64,000 nucleotides of DNA from Macrostomum lignano (GCA_002269645.1 NIVC01002521.1:101160-165159); one strand, 5' to 3'; shown: positions 21,758 to 39,865, counted from the stretch's first letter. Numbers and translations are program-made. The notes: generated by a model not told the origin, from the sequence alone.

Positions 21758-24700
21758 AGATCTCCAAACACAGTAGCCTACTAAAAGTAGTAACAAAAAA
21801 TTATGAACACAAATTTAAAAATAGCCATGTGTCATACTCTATTTTTAGTAATACCAGTCATATCACGCAAACAGCGAGTGGCTATGCTATTGTTCGAAAA
21901 AACCGGTTCTCGACATCTATTTTTAGAACTTCCAAATATGGTAAATGTTAGCCTGAATGTAACTCAAGTCTCACCCCTTTCTATTCAAAAACCCCATCAA
22001 AAAACCGGTTTTGAGCGCAAGGTCGACTTAAGGCCGAAAAATTGTGTATAAATACAAACGCAAAATCCGAGCTGAAATCTCAGACTCGGAGCAGCCTCTG
22101 AAGATCTTGAAGCTTGCTAGAGCAGCTAAGCGAGGCCATATCTCTGAGGAAATACCTACCGTTCGGTAAGCTCTGGTTAGAGCCTTTGTTATTGATTTTG
22201 AGAGCGATTTATTGCCGGCCGTTACTGTCCAGTCGATTTGACTGAGTTCATTGAATTTGAGGCCTCCCGTTTTTCTAAGGGATTGGATAGGATCTGCGGA
22301 CCGATTCCGATACCCTTAGAGGATTATCGATTGATTGATTTTGGTTATCCTAGATTAACCGATAGGAGCACACGACTCCGATTCCGTTATTTCTAGAAGA
22401 AGACGCCCTTCTTGGACGACCTCGTTGTTAATACAGAAGGTGATTTTATTACAAGGGCGCATCGTTGATATTGATTACTGAGCTTAAGGCCTATATTGAT
22501 TTGCATTCGAGAAATACTGCGACGTCGCCTGATTGGATTGTCACGCTCTCATTCGGCCGATTCGAGGCTTCAAGAAGATTCCTCCGAAGAAAAGAAGAAG
22601 ATTTGAAGAAACGAGCTCGGAGAACCTGCACTACAAAGAAGAGGAGCCCGCAACAGTAAGTGATCACTGATTTTGTTCCCAGGCTTAAGTGTCTGGAAGT
22701 GGGAGTTTTCGGGAGACTGATCACCTCCCGAATCAACTCTTCACGGAGCGAAAGATGGTGGCAAACGGATGCAGCAGATTGGCTAGATCCGACTCCCCCA
22801 ACAAGACCTCCACTAGCGGCTGAACTTCAAGAGCTTCTCGATGAGCACTGAGGTATGTGAAATGACGGAATACACCGTGTGTATTATTGGCCCTTCCAAT
22901 GTGTAAAATTGCTTTAAAAGTTTCATTAGTAAATAAAAGTTGTCACACGTCTGTTTGACTGTTTTGTGCTTTACAACTCTGCATTCCATTTTGTACCTTT
23001 CAATTCAATAAAAATATATATACGAGCGTATATTCAAACTAACCACTATAGTTATAATCATGCTGTGTCAGTTAGTGAGGCCACAGTCCCATGCAGTAAA
23101 ATTGTGCTCGTTTTTGTCGTGAAAAAGCTTTGTTATTTTTATCTTAGAATTCCTGCTTTGCAAGTCTTCCAAGTAATCAATTATTATTGGTATCCATTAC
23201 GTACATTTACAACCTTCCGGAAATGTCTAAATGGTTCGTGCTGGGGGCGTAGTTGTGACCTTAAAAATAACGCATCTGTAACGTATCAATATAACTCAAT
23301 TTGGGACGCCTCCGTTACGTCCCGATACGTACAATTGTTATACGGGAGCTGGAGTAGCCTGTGCTCGACTGTTTTGTTTAATCATTTCCGCTGCTAATAA
23401 ACTAATTATTACAACATACTCATACCTATTTATTTTCTCACATTATTTTTTCTTAATCATATTTACACTTACGTGCATTTATTGCTTGCATTTTTCGCAC
23501 CCGTCCACAACCATGTTCTTATAAGCGTATTAATTTACCCATATACACTCGCTTGCAATTAATTATTCAATTAATTAATATTAAATTAATAAAGCGTTCA
23601 GTACGACTTTGCTTTTGAAAGATTACAAAGGATCTGTGATAACTCCACATCCTGAAGGTAACAGGCTTGAAGACAACACAATGGACGAGTGTAAATCGAA
23701 ACCTAACATCGCTAAAAAGTATGGTTGAAATTCAACAACTTTACGTTTGTGGGCTGGAAGGATATGGTTAATACAAATCAAATCTTGAGATACAGTCTAC
23801 TCCACTGTGAAAGTAGTGGTATCCAGGCTTGGAAGTCGTCTTGATCTCCGGTTAAATCCGGATGAGTTTTAAACTGATTGCATGCCAATCATTGGTCAGC
23901 ATATAACCACGACTTAGCTTATCGAGCTGATAAACTATCACCAAAAGACGAATTACGTATGAAACATGAAGCAGACCGAAATATAATTTAAGGCTTAGGA
24001 AAGATTTTTCGTAAATCGATCACACACAAACCTACTTAGATAGATAGAATAGATAAATAGATTGGGGTTTGTAAAATTTAGACCTATTAAACTTATAAAA
24101 AATAACCTAGGACCAAAGAGTAGGAGCCTACAGTCTGGTATGCAAAATTGGGCTGTCGGATACATACTCTATACACCTATGTTTAAACTAGTATGGCACC
24201 ACAAAGCGAATGTTGTGACACCCAAAAAAGGCAAAAATTTAGGCAACATAGTTTATGGTGCATCAAATTCTAAATAGCAGACAAACTAAACTTACCTGAC
24301 ATCTAAATTCTTGAAATAAAACAAATAAACTAGAGTAGTGGCATGCAAAACAGTTTAGATATGACCTTATGGCTTGGCTTACGAAGTACAAGGGGTGTTG
24401 CAAGTTTCTGAACTGTGTTCCCTGTGGACAGCAGGATTGTTTAAATAAGTGGAATTTTAGCTACTATTGTCTTGCACATTTTTTCTGTTGTATAAAGTAT
24501 ATGACCAGTTATATGTCCACGGACAGGTAGTAGAAAATATTTTTAAATGCACTTAAATGTAACTATACCGGTAATACCGGTGTATTAACAATATTTTTAT
24601 TATAATAAAAGCATTTGAGCATGTATATTTATCAATTTAAGATCGAAATATCCATACAGGTACATGTAGAGATACAGAGCAATACAGAGAAAATAACGAT

Positions 24701-24943
24701 GCAAAATTTAGATCACCTCACAGGAACAAAGTAAGCTAAAAATGTTATAAGGTTTACAACCATCTTACCACAAGTTGATGAGAAATTAAATTTTGATGAT
24801 TCCACGCTTGACTACAACGTAACATTTCTGTGAATTTACAAAGCTTCTAATTATACGAGTACTACTGTACTGATAAACATCATTTTAACACGCAATTAGG
24901 ATTAAACCGAAGTATTACTCGTATTAGGACGGGATTCACTCTT

Positions 24944-25348
24944 TCAGCCGTTAGATCCTCCGGCACCGCCACCGCCAGATCGTTTCAGTTCAAGTAGTTC
25001 CCGAATCTCGCTCGTCAGCTGAGAACCAGCAGTAGCCGCGTAACCGCCGCGACTTCGACCACGATGATGACCACCGCCGCCACGATTGTCCGACGGTCGG
25101 GCGGCGGCGGCAACGTCGCGTCGACGGAAAAACGGTCCAGAAACACGGTTTCGCCAGCGCTGATGCTGAACAAACTGTTCGGTGGCATTGGATTGGAAGT
25201 TCGATGCCAGGTTTGCCGGCACTAAATCGGGTCGACCGCCGGCGGCTATGGCAGCGGCAGCAGCTGCCGCTCGCTCGTTTAACATTTTCTGTTTAGCTTC
25301 CTCTGTGGCCTCGATGTTGCGAATTCGAGCTTGTATGCCAAGATCTAC
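24944..25348 (-). CDS. C9orf78: C9orf78/TLS1 homolog, coding exon 2 (134 aa plus stop)
   Basis: CAG acceptor at 25349-25351. It begins VDLGIQARIRNIEATEEAK, continuing ...GIPE from exon 1 (family signature GIPEVDLGI.AKI.NI..TE.AK), and includes PANLASNF...FVQHQRW. Confidence 0.85.
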   Translation of the reverse strand, partial: VDLGIQARIRNIEATEEAKQKMLNERAAAAAAAIAAGGRPDLVPANLASNFQSNATEQFVQHQRWRNRVSGPFFRRRDVAAAARPSDNRGGGGHHRGRSRGGYAATAGSQLTSEIRELLELKRSGGGGAGGSNG

Positions 25349-25944
25349 CTGTCAATAAGAAGAAATTTAAAGTATTATTAGAATTGTCGTAGTCGTTAAA
25401 ATGCATAAATTTTATTAGATTATAAGTGCACGTTTTAAATGAGCAAGTGTACTCGTAAAGAAAGTTTTCAATCAGCTTTAATATAGATTTTCTTATGTTA
25501 AGTTAAAAATGGATTCTTATTAATTTCCTTACTAATAAAGTAGGCTCAGACGAGGAACTTGCGGTAAATTATATTTTGTAGTTTTTCCAAAAACTGAGGG
25601 TCAGTAAAATTCAATAAATCGACTTTGCACAGTAAACCTTTAGTTGAATGCGGTAATTAGCAACAGAAAATTTTGGTATTTAGGTATAAAATAATTTAGG
25701 TTATAATATTTAATTGCCGCAGCCAGCGGGAGGAAATGAGACTAAGCCTCGGCCATAGACTAATGGCTACAAAGCTCTATAAAGCCGAATATTCTGTGTA
25801 AGATCAGAAAAGCTTCAGTTGTGTGTAGCTTGGTACCGAATATGGGTGACATCTCTGCTGCTGTCGTTGTTGAAGCCCCGGATATGGAGATTTCGCCGGA
25901 CCTACTGGATTTCATCCTGAAGCCCGGGGATAACGCTGGACCTA

Positions 25945-26851
25945 TTGAAGCCGCTATCACTGGCCGGTTCGAGCAACTTTCGGAGAATGAAATTGCCAGA
26001 CACATTGAAGAGACCGTGCCGAAGACCACCAAGAAAAAGGCGCAGTGGGCCTTTTTCCGTCTTCCGCGAGTGGCATGACGAGAAGAAGCGTGCCTGGGCG
26101 ATGGGTGAACGCCCGTCACTTATGGTTCTCGCTGAGCTGGAGGATGCTAGCAAATGTGACCTGAATTACCTGCTGAAATTTTTTGTTATGGAGGCCCGGA
26201 ATAAAGATGGTGAGCGCTACTCTGCGTCGACGCTGAAGGATCTGACTTCAGACGGTTGACGATGAAGAGTATCTGAAGTATGTGAACAATGCCGTGACCA
26301 AAACTCATCAGGGCGGCTTACAAGGACTACGAAGGGACCCCAAAGTCGTTCGTGCTTTCCACACTGAGAATCACCAAAAATGCATTGTGTGCGTCTACAA
26401 GCAGTACGTCTCTGTGCGTCCTAATGAGTGCAACGAGGCGCTGTTTCTGGGATGGAATCGAAACTGGAATGGCCAGCCTGGATCTGCCTGGTTGACAAGG
26501 GCACCGATTGGACGTCATTAATTGGCAACCGTCGTCAAGGACGCCGTGGCCGTGGTTGCTCCCTTTGACACTGGACTCTACTCGAATCAGAGTCTCCATA
26601 AGAGTTGCGCAACCCGCTTCCGCGAGGCTGGTATGGAACGGGCGGATATCTGCCGTGTGACTGGCCACAGCTCCAGTGCAGTGGAGAAGTACATCGGTAC
26701 CTCGGTGACCATGGAGAAACGCACGAGTGCACTGTTGAGTGGTTCCTCAACCGGCCAACCGGTGAGTGAGTCTCGGGTGACTGCGGCGCAGGTGCAAGTG
26801 CCCTTGCCTCCTCTGGAGGTGCAGGCTCCTACGAAGAAAATGCGCATATAG
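25945..26851 (+). pseudogene. Decayed Crypton/DUF3504-type tyrosine recombinase inside the C9orf78 intron (antisense)
   Basis: LLKFFVMEARNKDGERYSASTL, KTHQGGL, APIGRH, YSNQSLHKSCATRF (degenerate H-x-L-R) and VTGHSSSAVEKY (H/Y). It has frameshifts, stops and an apparent internal deletion. Confidence 0.75.
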
Positions 26852-27111
26852 GCTTTTGGAGACATCAACAGAGTGATGTTCCACTTTGATTAGTTTCATC
26901 CTCCCTCCTTCGCTGACTCCCTCTGACACCCTCTGATACAAGACTGCTTATAACTGTTCGTTGTTAGATTTTTCACTTTCGATCTCCATTTGTTGCTATT
27001 CACTTTTTTCAATATATACATTTCAATTTTGGACTGCACTACAAGCATTTTTAAAGTTGGTTATTATTTTCAGCAATCAATCAGCAATTGCAAGCTAGTT
27101 TTATGACAAAC

Positions 27112-27639
27112 CTCGGGAATGCCTTGTAGAACAGCCTGTGAAGCCTCCGACTGCTGCTTGACAGTCGGTCGCAGTTCCGGCCGGACAGCCAAAAGCGGAT
27201 CGTGCATCGCCGCAGAGTCGCCAGACGCGCCGTCATCGTCGCCCTCGCCAGCTGGTCTACGCTTGCGCATCTCGGCTTCTACAAACTGCTGCATAGCGGC
27301 ATCCTGCTCTTGGGCGCGCGATTCCTGCGCAAACTGTAGCGTCGAATCTTGAATGCCACCAACCTCGCGGCGACGCTTGCCTCCAACATCGTCTTCGTCG
27401 CCTAAAGCGCGACGAGTTCTCTGACGGCGAACGCCTTGCACCAATTCAGCGTCTGTCAAACCGTGCGGTCGGGAACGCATTCGCTGGGCCTCCAGCAGCA
27501 GCCGCATCTCTTCGGCACGACTAAGAGGGGGCGCAGCATCTGCTTGGCCGTCGGGTGCTGCCGCTGCGGCGCCCGTAGCCGATTCATCCTCGCTCTCGGA
27601 CGAGCTTTCAGTAACGCGCTGACGAACGCAACGAGGCAT
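27112..27639 (-). CDS. C9orf78: C9orf78/TLS1 homolog, coding exon 1 (176 aa)
   Basis: ATG at 27639. Motifs LEAQRMRSRPHG, FAQESRAQEQDAAMQQFVEAEMRKRR and VLQGIPE, then a phase-0 GT donor at 27111. Confidence 0.85.
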
Positions 27640-29012
27640 GGGGTTTGTTAATTAATAAAAAAGATTTATATTTGCAATTGAAGAGCCAATACAACTTTCT
27701 ATAACCATCAGCAGAGAAATTATTCCAATACGCTTTTTGACTATTTCAGTTTGATATAAGCCGGAAGCTAGCAAGGAGGCAAGGAAGCCTAGAAATTCTC
27801 TCACAGGTCGTATCAGCGACTGGAACTTTGCAAGGGTACGCGAGGGATTACCTTTGACGCTGGGTTTCTATAAGGCTAGTTTATATGATTATTCTATTTT
27901 GTCGAAAGGTCTGATAACTGGTAGATAAAGTGAATTATGAGATAAGGCAAACAAACCTATATTAGTCACCCTTATTACGAATGTTAGGGCAAAACTGCAC
28001 CCGCTTTCCTGGTCAGACATCTAGATAAATTGAAATAACTTGAAATAACAAAATCAACACGACAACAAGTAATGATTTAAACACAAATTACTATTAAGAG
28101 GGATTAAGTGTATGCATGAACTGTACTACGTAACTGCTTACTACTAAGACCATTTAAAGCTTCGAGGTTGAATATTGTATTTATTTAATTTCATGACATA
28201 TTGCGCATATAACTGACATATGCCGATATATAACGCAACAGGTGCCTCACATTAATAAAAGTTTCATATGGCGGACAAGACTAACGACACACTACATAAC
28301 TGTGCTTTATAACCTGAACTCTAATCTAGTTGCTTGAACAAAAGAACAAATGTTTGTATCATTAGCTGTACTTGATCAAATCCGTTTATGTTGTACTGTT
28401 ACTGACCTCTAGGCAACTAGATAATAAGTCATATATTATACCTGACTAAATTAATAAACGAATGGATACATTATTAATAGATTAGTAAACTATTTCCACT
28501 GCTAAAATAACAACAGCTCCTAAATCAATAGTTTGAAACGAGCGAATAAACTGTTAGCATCGTCAGGCTTTGGAAAAAAGTGGCCGGGAATAGCATGTTT
28601 TTCCTGTAAACAATAGTTAAAGAGACGCAATCTACTCAATAGCACAGATTAGCACGAACAAATAACATAAACCCATTTATAAACCCCTAGACTGCAGAGT
28701 AAGGTCAGAGACTTATACTCATCAAAAGCTAATTTTCAAATTAAAATCTCTGATTAAATTACCTCATCGGTAAGTCATAAAGGTCAGTCTGAATGGAATG
28801 GAAAGCAATAATAGCAATAGCAATCTTATATATCGGTAAGAATTTCTTACGCAGCAGCCAGTAACTTAGAAGCACTGACAAAAAGCAGTTCGTTTTTTCT
28901 ATTAATTTTTTTCACATACATATGGTCTGTTAAAAAACGTGAGCTCTCCATTCAATAAAGACTGATAAGTCATTTAACCCGATAAAAAGCAATATACAGT
29001 TAGTCACACCTG

Positions 29013-29120
29013 CCCAGGGGATTGTAGCCTATTAGTTAGAGCATTAGACTCACGACTTGGACTGAACAGCCGTACGCAGCCTTCAGATGCGCCTCGCAAG
29101 GCGCAATTAATTATTATTAA
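29013..29120 (+). mobile_element. ~108-bp internally deleted SINE-like insertion
   Basis: tRNA-like 5' start GGGGATTGTAGCC..., a 3' hairpin TGCGCC-TCGCAA-GGCGCA and an (ATT)n tail. It is flanked by the direct repeat TCACACCTG (29004-29012, 29121-29129). Confidence 0.45.
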
Positions 29121-30353
29121 TCACACCTGTCTGATAATACTTTGTAGGTAACCCACAGTCTAGAGGTGCAAGATACAATAAACTTCCGAATATCGAATTA
29201 TAACTTTATTAAAGCAATAATGAGGTTTAATGTGTCAAAAAGGGGGTGTAGACCAGATAAAAAGAACACTTAAATGAATAAAAATCAAACAGAAACTGAA
29301 TTAGACTAGAACGGATGAATGACAGTAAAACAGAGCAGCTGTATCACAAAGCTAAACTTGATAATAGCATGCTTATAACTGCAGCTGTTGCAATAGTCGG
29401 GACTAGACCAAATAAGCAAATATTATTATAGCAATATTTTGTATACGTGACTCAAAAAGTCGAGACAAATAATTATCTTCGTTGCCTACTAAGCACACAA
29501 CTGACAAGTATAAAACAAATATTATATAATATATAGAAATATGAAAAAAGTTTGCATAAAACACAAATTTTAATATTCGTTGCCAACAATAGACGACAGC
29601 TCCACAAATAGATCACAAGACAATAGGAAACGTATAGTGAGGTGTCTGGAATAGCATTGGTACAGCCTAAATTACAATCCCAAGTAAACTAAAGCCTGTG
29701 TCATTAATAAATGTGTACCAAAGCTTTGATTATATATACTGATTAACAACTAATCACAACACGAAGTTTCAAACTAACTGCAATATATAAGCATAAACTT
29801 CCTAATACCTATATTAAATATTGATACGGTATTTTTTAGAACACTTGTTGCATATCAAATAATAATTAACTGGGTCATAACATAAACAACAATCAGTATA
29901 TATTATGCCAAAAAGACAGGATTTACACAGTTTTGTGAAACTAAACACAATAGACCAGATTTTGCTGATTTTTAAACGCACGAAAAACTCCAAATTAGAC
30001 AGACACAAAATAGTTTTGTAAGGACCGTTGCTTACACACGCTAAATATTAATAAAACTTTTTCTATACCTTACTGATCAGTAGACAGACAGTAGTCAGTG
30101 GCAGCTGCGACGCGACTAGATACTAAGAGATTTTCTTAATAAATTGCAGACTAATAAATTCAAAATCAGTTATTACGTCGTGAATCAAAAGCGACAGAAG
30201 ATTAGTAAAATCATGGGGCGATTAAAATTGCTTCAGATGGAACACCTGCTCTAATATCTCTACTCTAATAAGCCCTACTAATCCTGATAAAATTGCAGTT
30301 AGTCTATTACGTTACTTCATCACAGAGAAAAAAAATTGTTTTTGTATAGATGC

Positions 30354-30511
30354 TCATTTTGAAGAAGGCTTTGAAGAGGGCTGGCCGCCGCCACCGCCAG
30401 CGCCACCTCCGCCAGCGCCGCCACCACCGCCACCACCAGCGCCGCCACCACCAGCGCCGCCGCCGCTAGAAGAGCCGCCGTCTCCGCCTCCACCGCCGCC
30501 AGTAACGGAAA
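30354..30511 (-). CDS. VAMP: Synaptobrevin/VAMP exon 6, Gly-rich luminal tail plus stop
   Basis: CAG acceptor at 30512-30514 in phase 1. It reads (V)SVTGGGGGGDGGSSSGGGAGGGGAGGGGGGGAGGGGAGGGGGQPSSKPSSK*, using mixed GGC/GGT/GGA codons. Confidence 0.75.
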
Positions 30512-31419
30512 CTGGAGTTAATTAAGGAAAGACAATCAGTGCAGCTAACCATTGCTAAGATAGATTGTTATAAAAAAATTATACTTTTACAGATACACGA
30601 GCAGCATACTTTAATAGCAGGTTAAGAGCGGATCAGCTAGATGGATCAGAAATAACACAGTAGGGAAATACTAAAAAAACACACACAGTAGGTGAGACAA
30701 AGACTGTCAATATTTTGGCCAATATTAACTCAGCAACATTAAAAAGTCGCCACTATATGCGCCAGTGAACAATTTTTCTTGGGCTATTCTGAAATAAAAG
30801 AAGCGAGAAAATTGTGGAGTAGCCTTAATCAGTCTAACTCTCCTCAACTCAAGTCTGCCGCGGCGTAGCTGAGTTGCGTCATTTGCAAAGATTGAGAGAG
30901 ACTTTACCTGCACTCTCAAAAGTGGCGACCATTGACGGAATCGTCTGTGATGACGACTTTTCGATGTTGCTGAGTATAGTTACGAAACAGCCACGACAAC
31001 AAAGTTCTGGTGCGTAATAAAAAATGCATACAGCAACGAGGGTCTTGACTGGTATTTGCCAACTACGGTGCTTTATTAAAAAGAACATTGAAGTTATGCA
31101 ACCAGACATTTTTACAGAAATTCATGTCACTCAGTTGTCTCTAGGCAAGAATCTGGGTAAAGTTCAAACGTAGACGCGGAACTAAACACAACCGGACTGT
31201 CCACTTTGGCACACTTGGAGTGAGTGCACTATTGAACAATTCAGATTCATAACTATCCACTTATTTATGGCTATGAACATTTAGTATTTTAATTTAACAA
31301 AAGCGACTAGCGCATATTAAAAAAACAGAAATAAAAATCTGGCAGCTGTAATTCACATTAAGGAATTAAAATTTCGATGTGCTTAGGATGATTCGGCTAG
31401 GTCACTACAGATGTACACT

Positions 31420-31745
31420 TGCGCAATATACACAAACAGATAGATATCCACATAGGCAGACACAGACCCAGACACATACAGACAAAAAAGCACAGGCACA
31501 TACAGACACACAAACACAAACACACATACAGACACAGACAAACAAACGACACAGACACAACAGGCAGACACACAGACACACATATAAATACAGATATACA
31601 GACAGACACACAGACACATAAACAGATGCATTTACACATGCAGACACACAAGCACATATACGCTCGTAAAGATGCTGGCACATAGACAGTCAGACATAAA
31701 AAGACATGCATACATGCAGACACAGACACATAAACACAGGCTCAA
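31420..31745. repeat. (AC)n/(ACAG)n low-complexity microsatellite in VAMP intron 5
   Basis: Interrupted CACA/GACA runs; these generate the spurious ORFs at 31379-31729. Confidence 0.9.
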
Positions 31746-32596
31746 CAACTTCACAGCCAAACACGCAAACACGTTTTAACGGCTTCAAGAACCAATTCTA
31801 ATGTGATGCATTCATCCACGATGAGTCACAAGCAGACACGTGACTCATTGCTGATCATTAACAGTTGACTACTTTAGAATTTCGACTAAATGACCGAATC
31901 ACTAGGCACAGTGCAAAATTTGCAACACAAGCAAAAAACTTTTGACTGTACAGAAAAACACATAAAAAGCGTTTCTCTTACTTAAGCTAAAACTTTATTT
32001 TGCGATGAATTAACGTTAAATTGACCATGCGACGATGTTCCTGTTTCGACTTTTATAATCTGCAGTAATTAGTAGAATCTCTTTTATCTCTGTATCTCTG
32101 CGCAGTTGCGGACCTGTCTGCCTGTCACTGATTACGGTTCTGCTTTTTAAGTGGAGACAGACACTGAAAATGGTAATCAGATTTTGAGGCATTGGAGAAA
32201 TTTTATTAAGAGAATGATAACAACAATAATATAGGCACATTTTTAAAGAGGTATGTAAGGGAAGAATAATCTGATTTCTCGATTGAAATTCGCACTATAT
32301 TTTTTATTAATGGTACAACCGGGAGAAGTGCTGTTTTAACGACATTTCTGTGTTTCTGTTAACAATAAAAGCCTTTGTCTTTCATAAAAAGTCGTTGATC
32401 ATGCGCATTAGCTACTTGTAAATAAGGTACAAAATGCACTTTTAAAAGAAAAAATGTTTTTAAAATTCAATTAAAGGATTAATAAGTGAAAAACAAAGTT
32501 CAAAATGCTACGAATAGAATGTATTATGAAATTCAATTTCTAGTAAATCAACAATTCTATCTTCTAAGTTATTACATAGTTAAGCATATCACTCAC

Positions 32597-32648
32597 CAAT
32601 AATGATGATGATGATAATGAGAGCCAGAACTCCGAGAGCAATCATCAT
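32597..32648 (-). CDS. VAMP: Synaptobrevin/VAMP exon 5, transmembrane (MMIALGVLALIIIIIII)
   Basis: Polypyrimidine CAG acceptor and GTGAGT donor; 52 bp, phase 0 in and phase 1 out. Confidence 0.92.
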
Positions 32649-32946
32649 CTGAAAATTAGAGATTTGAAGGACTCTGTTAAACAGCTCTAATACAAATCGA
32701 ATGTTCACTAGCCCACAGTAACAAGATCTAAATGATGCAGTGGGGGGGCAAACGGCAACTTAAACCGAGGGACTCTGTGACATCCGCCAGCTTTTCGTTT
32801 TTCGAGGAGGCTCTTCCCCCTCCTTTTCGTTCTGGCCTGGCGTGGAAGCGGCTAGCTTCCTCGTCTTGGTCTGCTGGTGGGGGACGGATCCCCCCTGCTG
32901 CTTTTTTGCGGGGCAGGTGGCTGCTAAGTAGTTGGCTGCTGGCTAA

Positions 32947-38033
<5,087 letters not shown>

Positions 38034-38955
38034 TCCTTGTGCTCTTTTACCTTGGGGTTGCGATAGGGGCCTCGCGGCCTATTCGCGGCGCCTGCGCCCC
38101 CCGTCAGTAGTAAGTAAGTAAGTAAGTAGTAAATGATGCAGTGTGGCAGGTAAACTCATCACAAGGCAAAGACCGCATGCATATAGGATATGTTTTTTTA
38201 AATTGTGACAAACTAAAGTTCTTATATGATGGGACATAAATTACGATTGAAAATCATTGAATTAAAAAGAACTTTCATCTAGTTTGACAAAATTCTTGGT
38301 TTTAGTATTATTATCATCACTGGTGCTGCAGCCTGGACACTTGTGCGATCAATCAGTTTACTCCAATATAGTGAGATTTTATTAAGCAATGCAGAAATTA
38401 CAAACTTATCAAGTCGCAAGGAAATGCAAGGAAATCAAATATAACTATAGAAAATAGAAAAATTAATTGCTTACAAAATAGTAACTTTGAATATAAAAAT
38501 TCCAAAACTAAATCAACAAAATTTTATTTAAACTGTATAAACAGCACTCGACCAAAAAAGCACCAAGACCTTTTATCGGTATTCAATGTTAAACACTGCC
38601 CAGAATCAGCTGATAGATTGGCTGCAAATTGGGGGTTTGCATTGAAAAGAAAATTTTATACTTCATAAATCGACAAGGCGCTAGGTCGGCTAGGATAGAG
38701 AAAGTAGCTAAAAATCAAATTAGAATTCTGTTTGCAGCCTGTAAGATACGAGCGTAATTTTAGAACACAAAAAAACATATGGCGGATTTCTTTAATAAAC
38801 ACACGGCATACGCCCACACACTAATCAAAGAACTTCCGGACTTCCTCAGCTTTTAATTAAGACCATCTAGCAGCAAACTAGGCCCATCACAAAGAATTAC
38901 AAGCACGAAAAGATTACAGGTGTAAAGATACACGGACAAATATAAAGCTATTTAC

Positions 38956-39035
38956 CTTTATGTTTTTCCACCAGTACTTGTTTTTGAGCTTGCCAGCGCT
39001 GGCCTCGAACTGCGAGGCGCCGGCTTGTAGAGCGT
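38956..39035 (-). CDS. VAMP: Synaptobrevin/VAMP exon 4 ([27 protein letters not shown])
   Basis: CAG/GT boundaries, phase-consistent, with ASQF and the juxtamembrane YWWKN. Confidence 0.95.
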
Positions 39036-39149
39036 CTGGTTGGGTTGAGTTTGTCGTTGGGGAAAACACGCTTTTACATTTTATCAATTTTAGTCTATTT
39101 TTATCACTATTATTATTAGTGGGAGTTGCATAGATGTCGAGGCTCAATA

Positions 39150-39812
39150 TTGGGGAGTTGCTCACAATGCTCAGATTCCATGGCTCAATGGGGAGTTGCT
39201 CAGATGCCATGGCTCAATGGGGGAGGTGCTGAGATGCCAAGGTGCAGGGGGGAGTTAGTGAGATGCCGTGGCTCAATGGAGGATTGCTGAGATGCTATGG
39301 CTCAATGGGGGATTTCTGAGATGCTATGGCTCAATGGGGGATTGCTGAGATGCCAATTGGCTCAATGGGGGATTGCTGAGATGCCATGGCTCAATGGGGG
39401 ATTGCTGAGATGCCATGGCTCAATGGGGGATTGCTGAGATGCCAAGGCTCAATGGGGGATTGCTGAGATGCCATGGCTCAATGGGGGATTGCTGAGATGC
39501 CAATTGGCTCAATGGGGGGTTGCTGAGATGCCATGGCTCAATGGGGGATTGCTGAGATGCCAATTGGCTCAATGGGGGAGTTGCTGAGATGCCAAGGCAA
39601 TGGGGGAGTTGCTGAGATGCCAAGGCAATGGGGGAGTTGCTGAGATGCCAAGGTTCAATGGGAGAGTTGCTGAGATGCCAATTGGCTCAATGGGAGAGTT
39701 GCTGAGATGCCAATTGGCTCAATGGGGGAGTTGCTGAGATGCCATGGCTCAATGGGGGAGTTGCTGAGATGCCAATTACCTCAATGGGGGGAGTTGCTGA
39801 GATGCCATGGCT
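39150..39812. repeat. 29-31-bp minisatellite (GGCTCAATGGGGGATTGCTGAGATGCCAT), about 22 copies, in VAMP intron 3
   Basis: A 29-bp period was measured at 39361/39390/39419; CCAATT and CCAA variants occur. Confidence 0.92.
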
Positions 39813-39865
39813 GAAACAGTAGCTAGCTGAAATTAGATAATAAATAAATAATATTAGAAACACAC

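Noticed and set aside
30725-31109. Hydrophobic minus-strand ORFs in VAMP intron 5 as an alternative exon or nested receptor gene
   Set aside because: Interrupted by stops, with no phase-compatible splice sites identified.
31379-31729. His/Thr/Gln-rich and Cys/Val-rich ORFs
   Set aside because: Translations of an AC/ACAG microsatellite.
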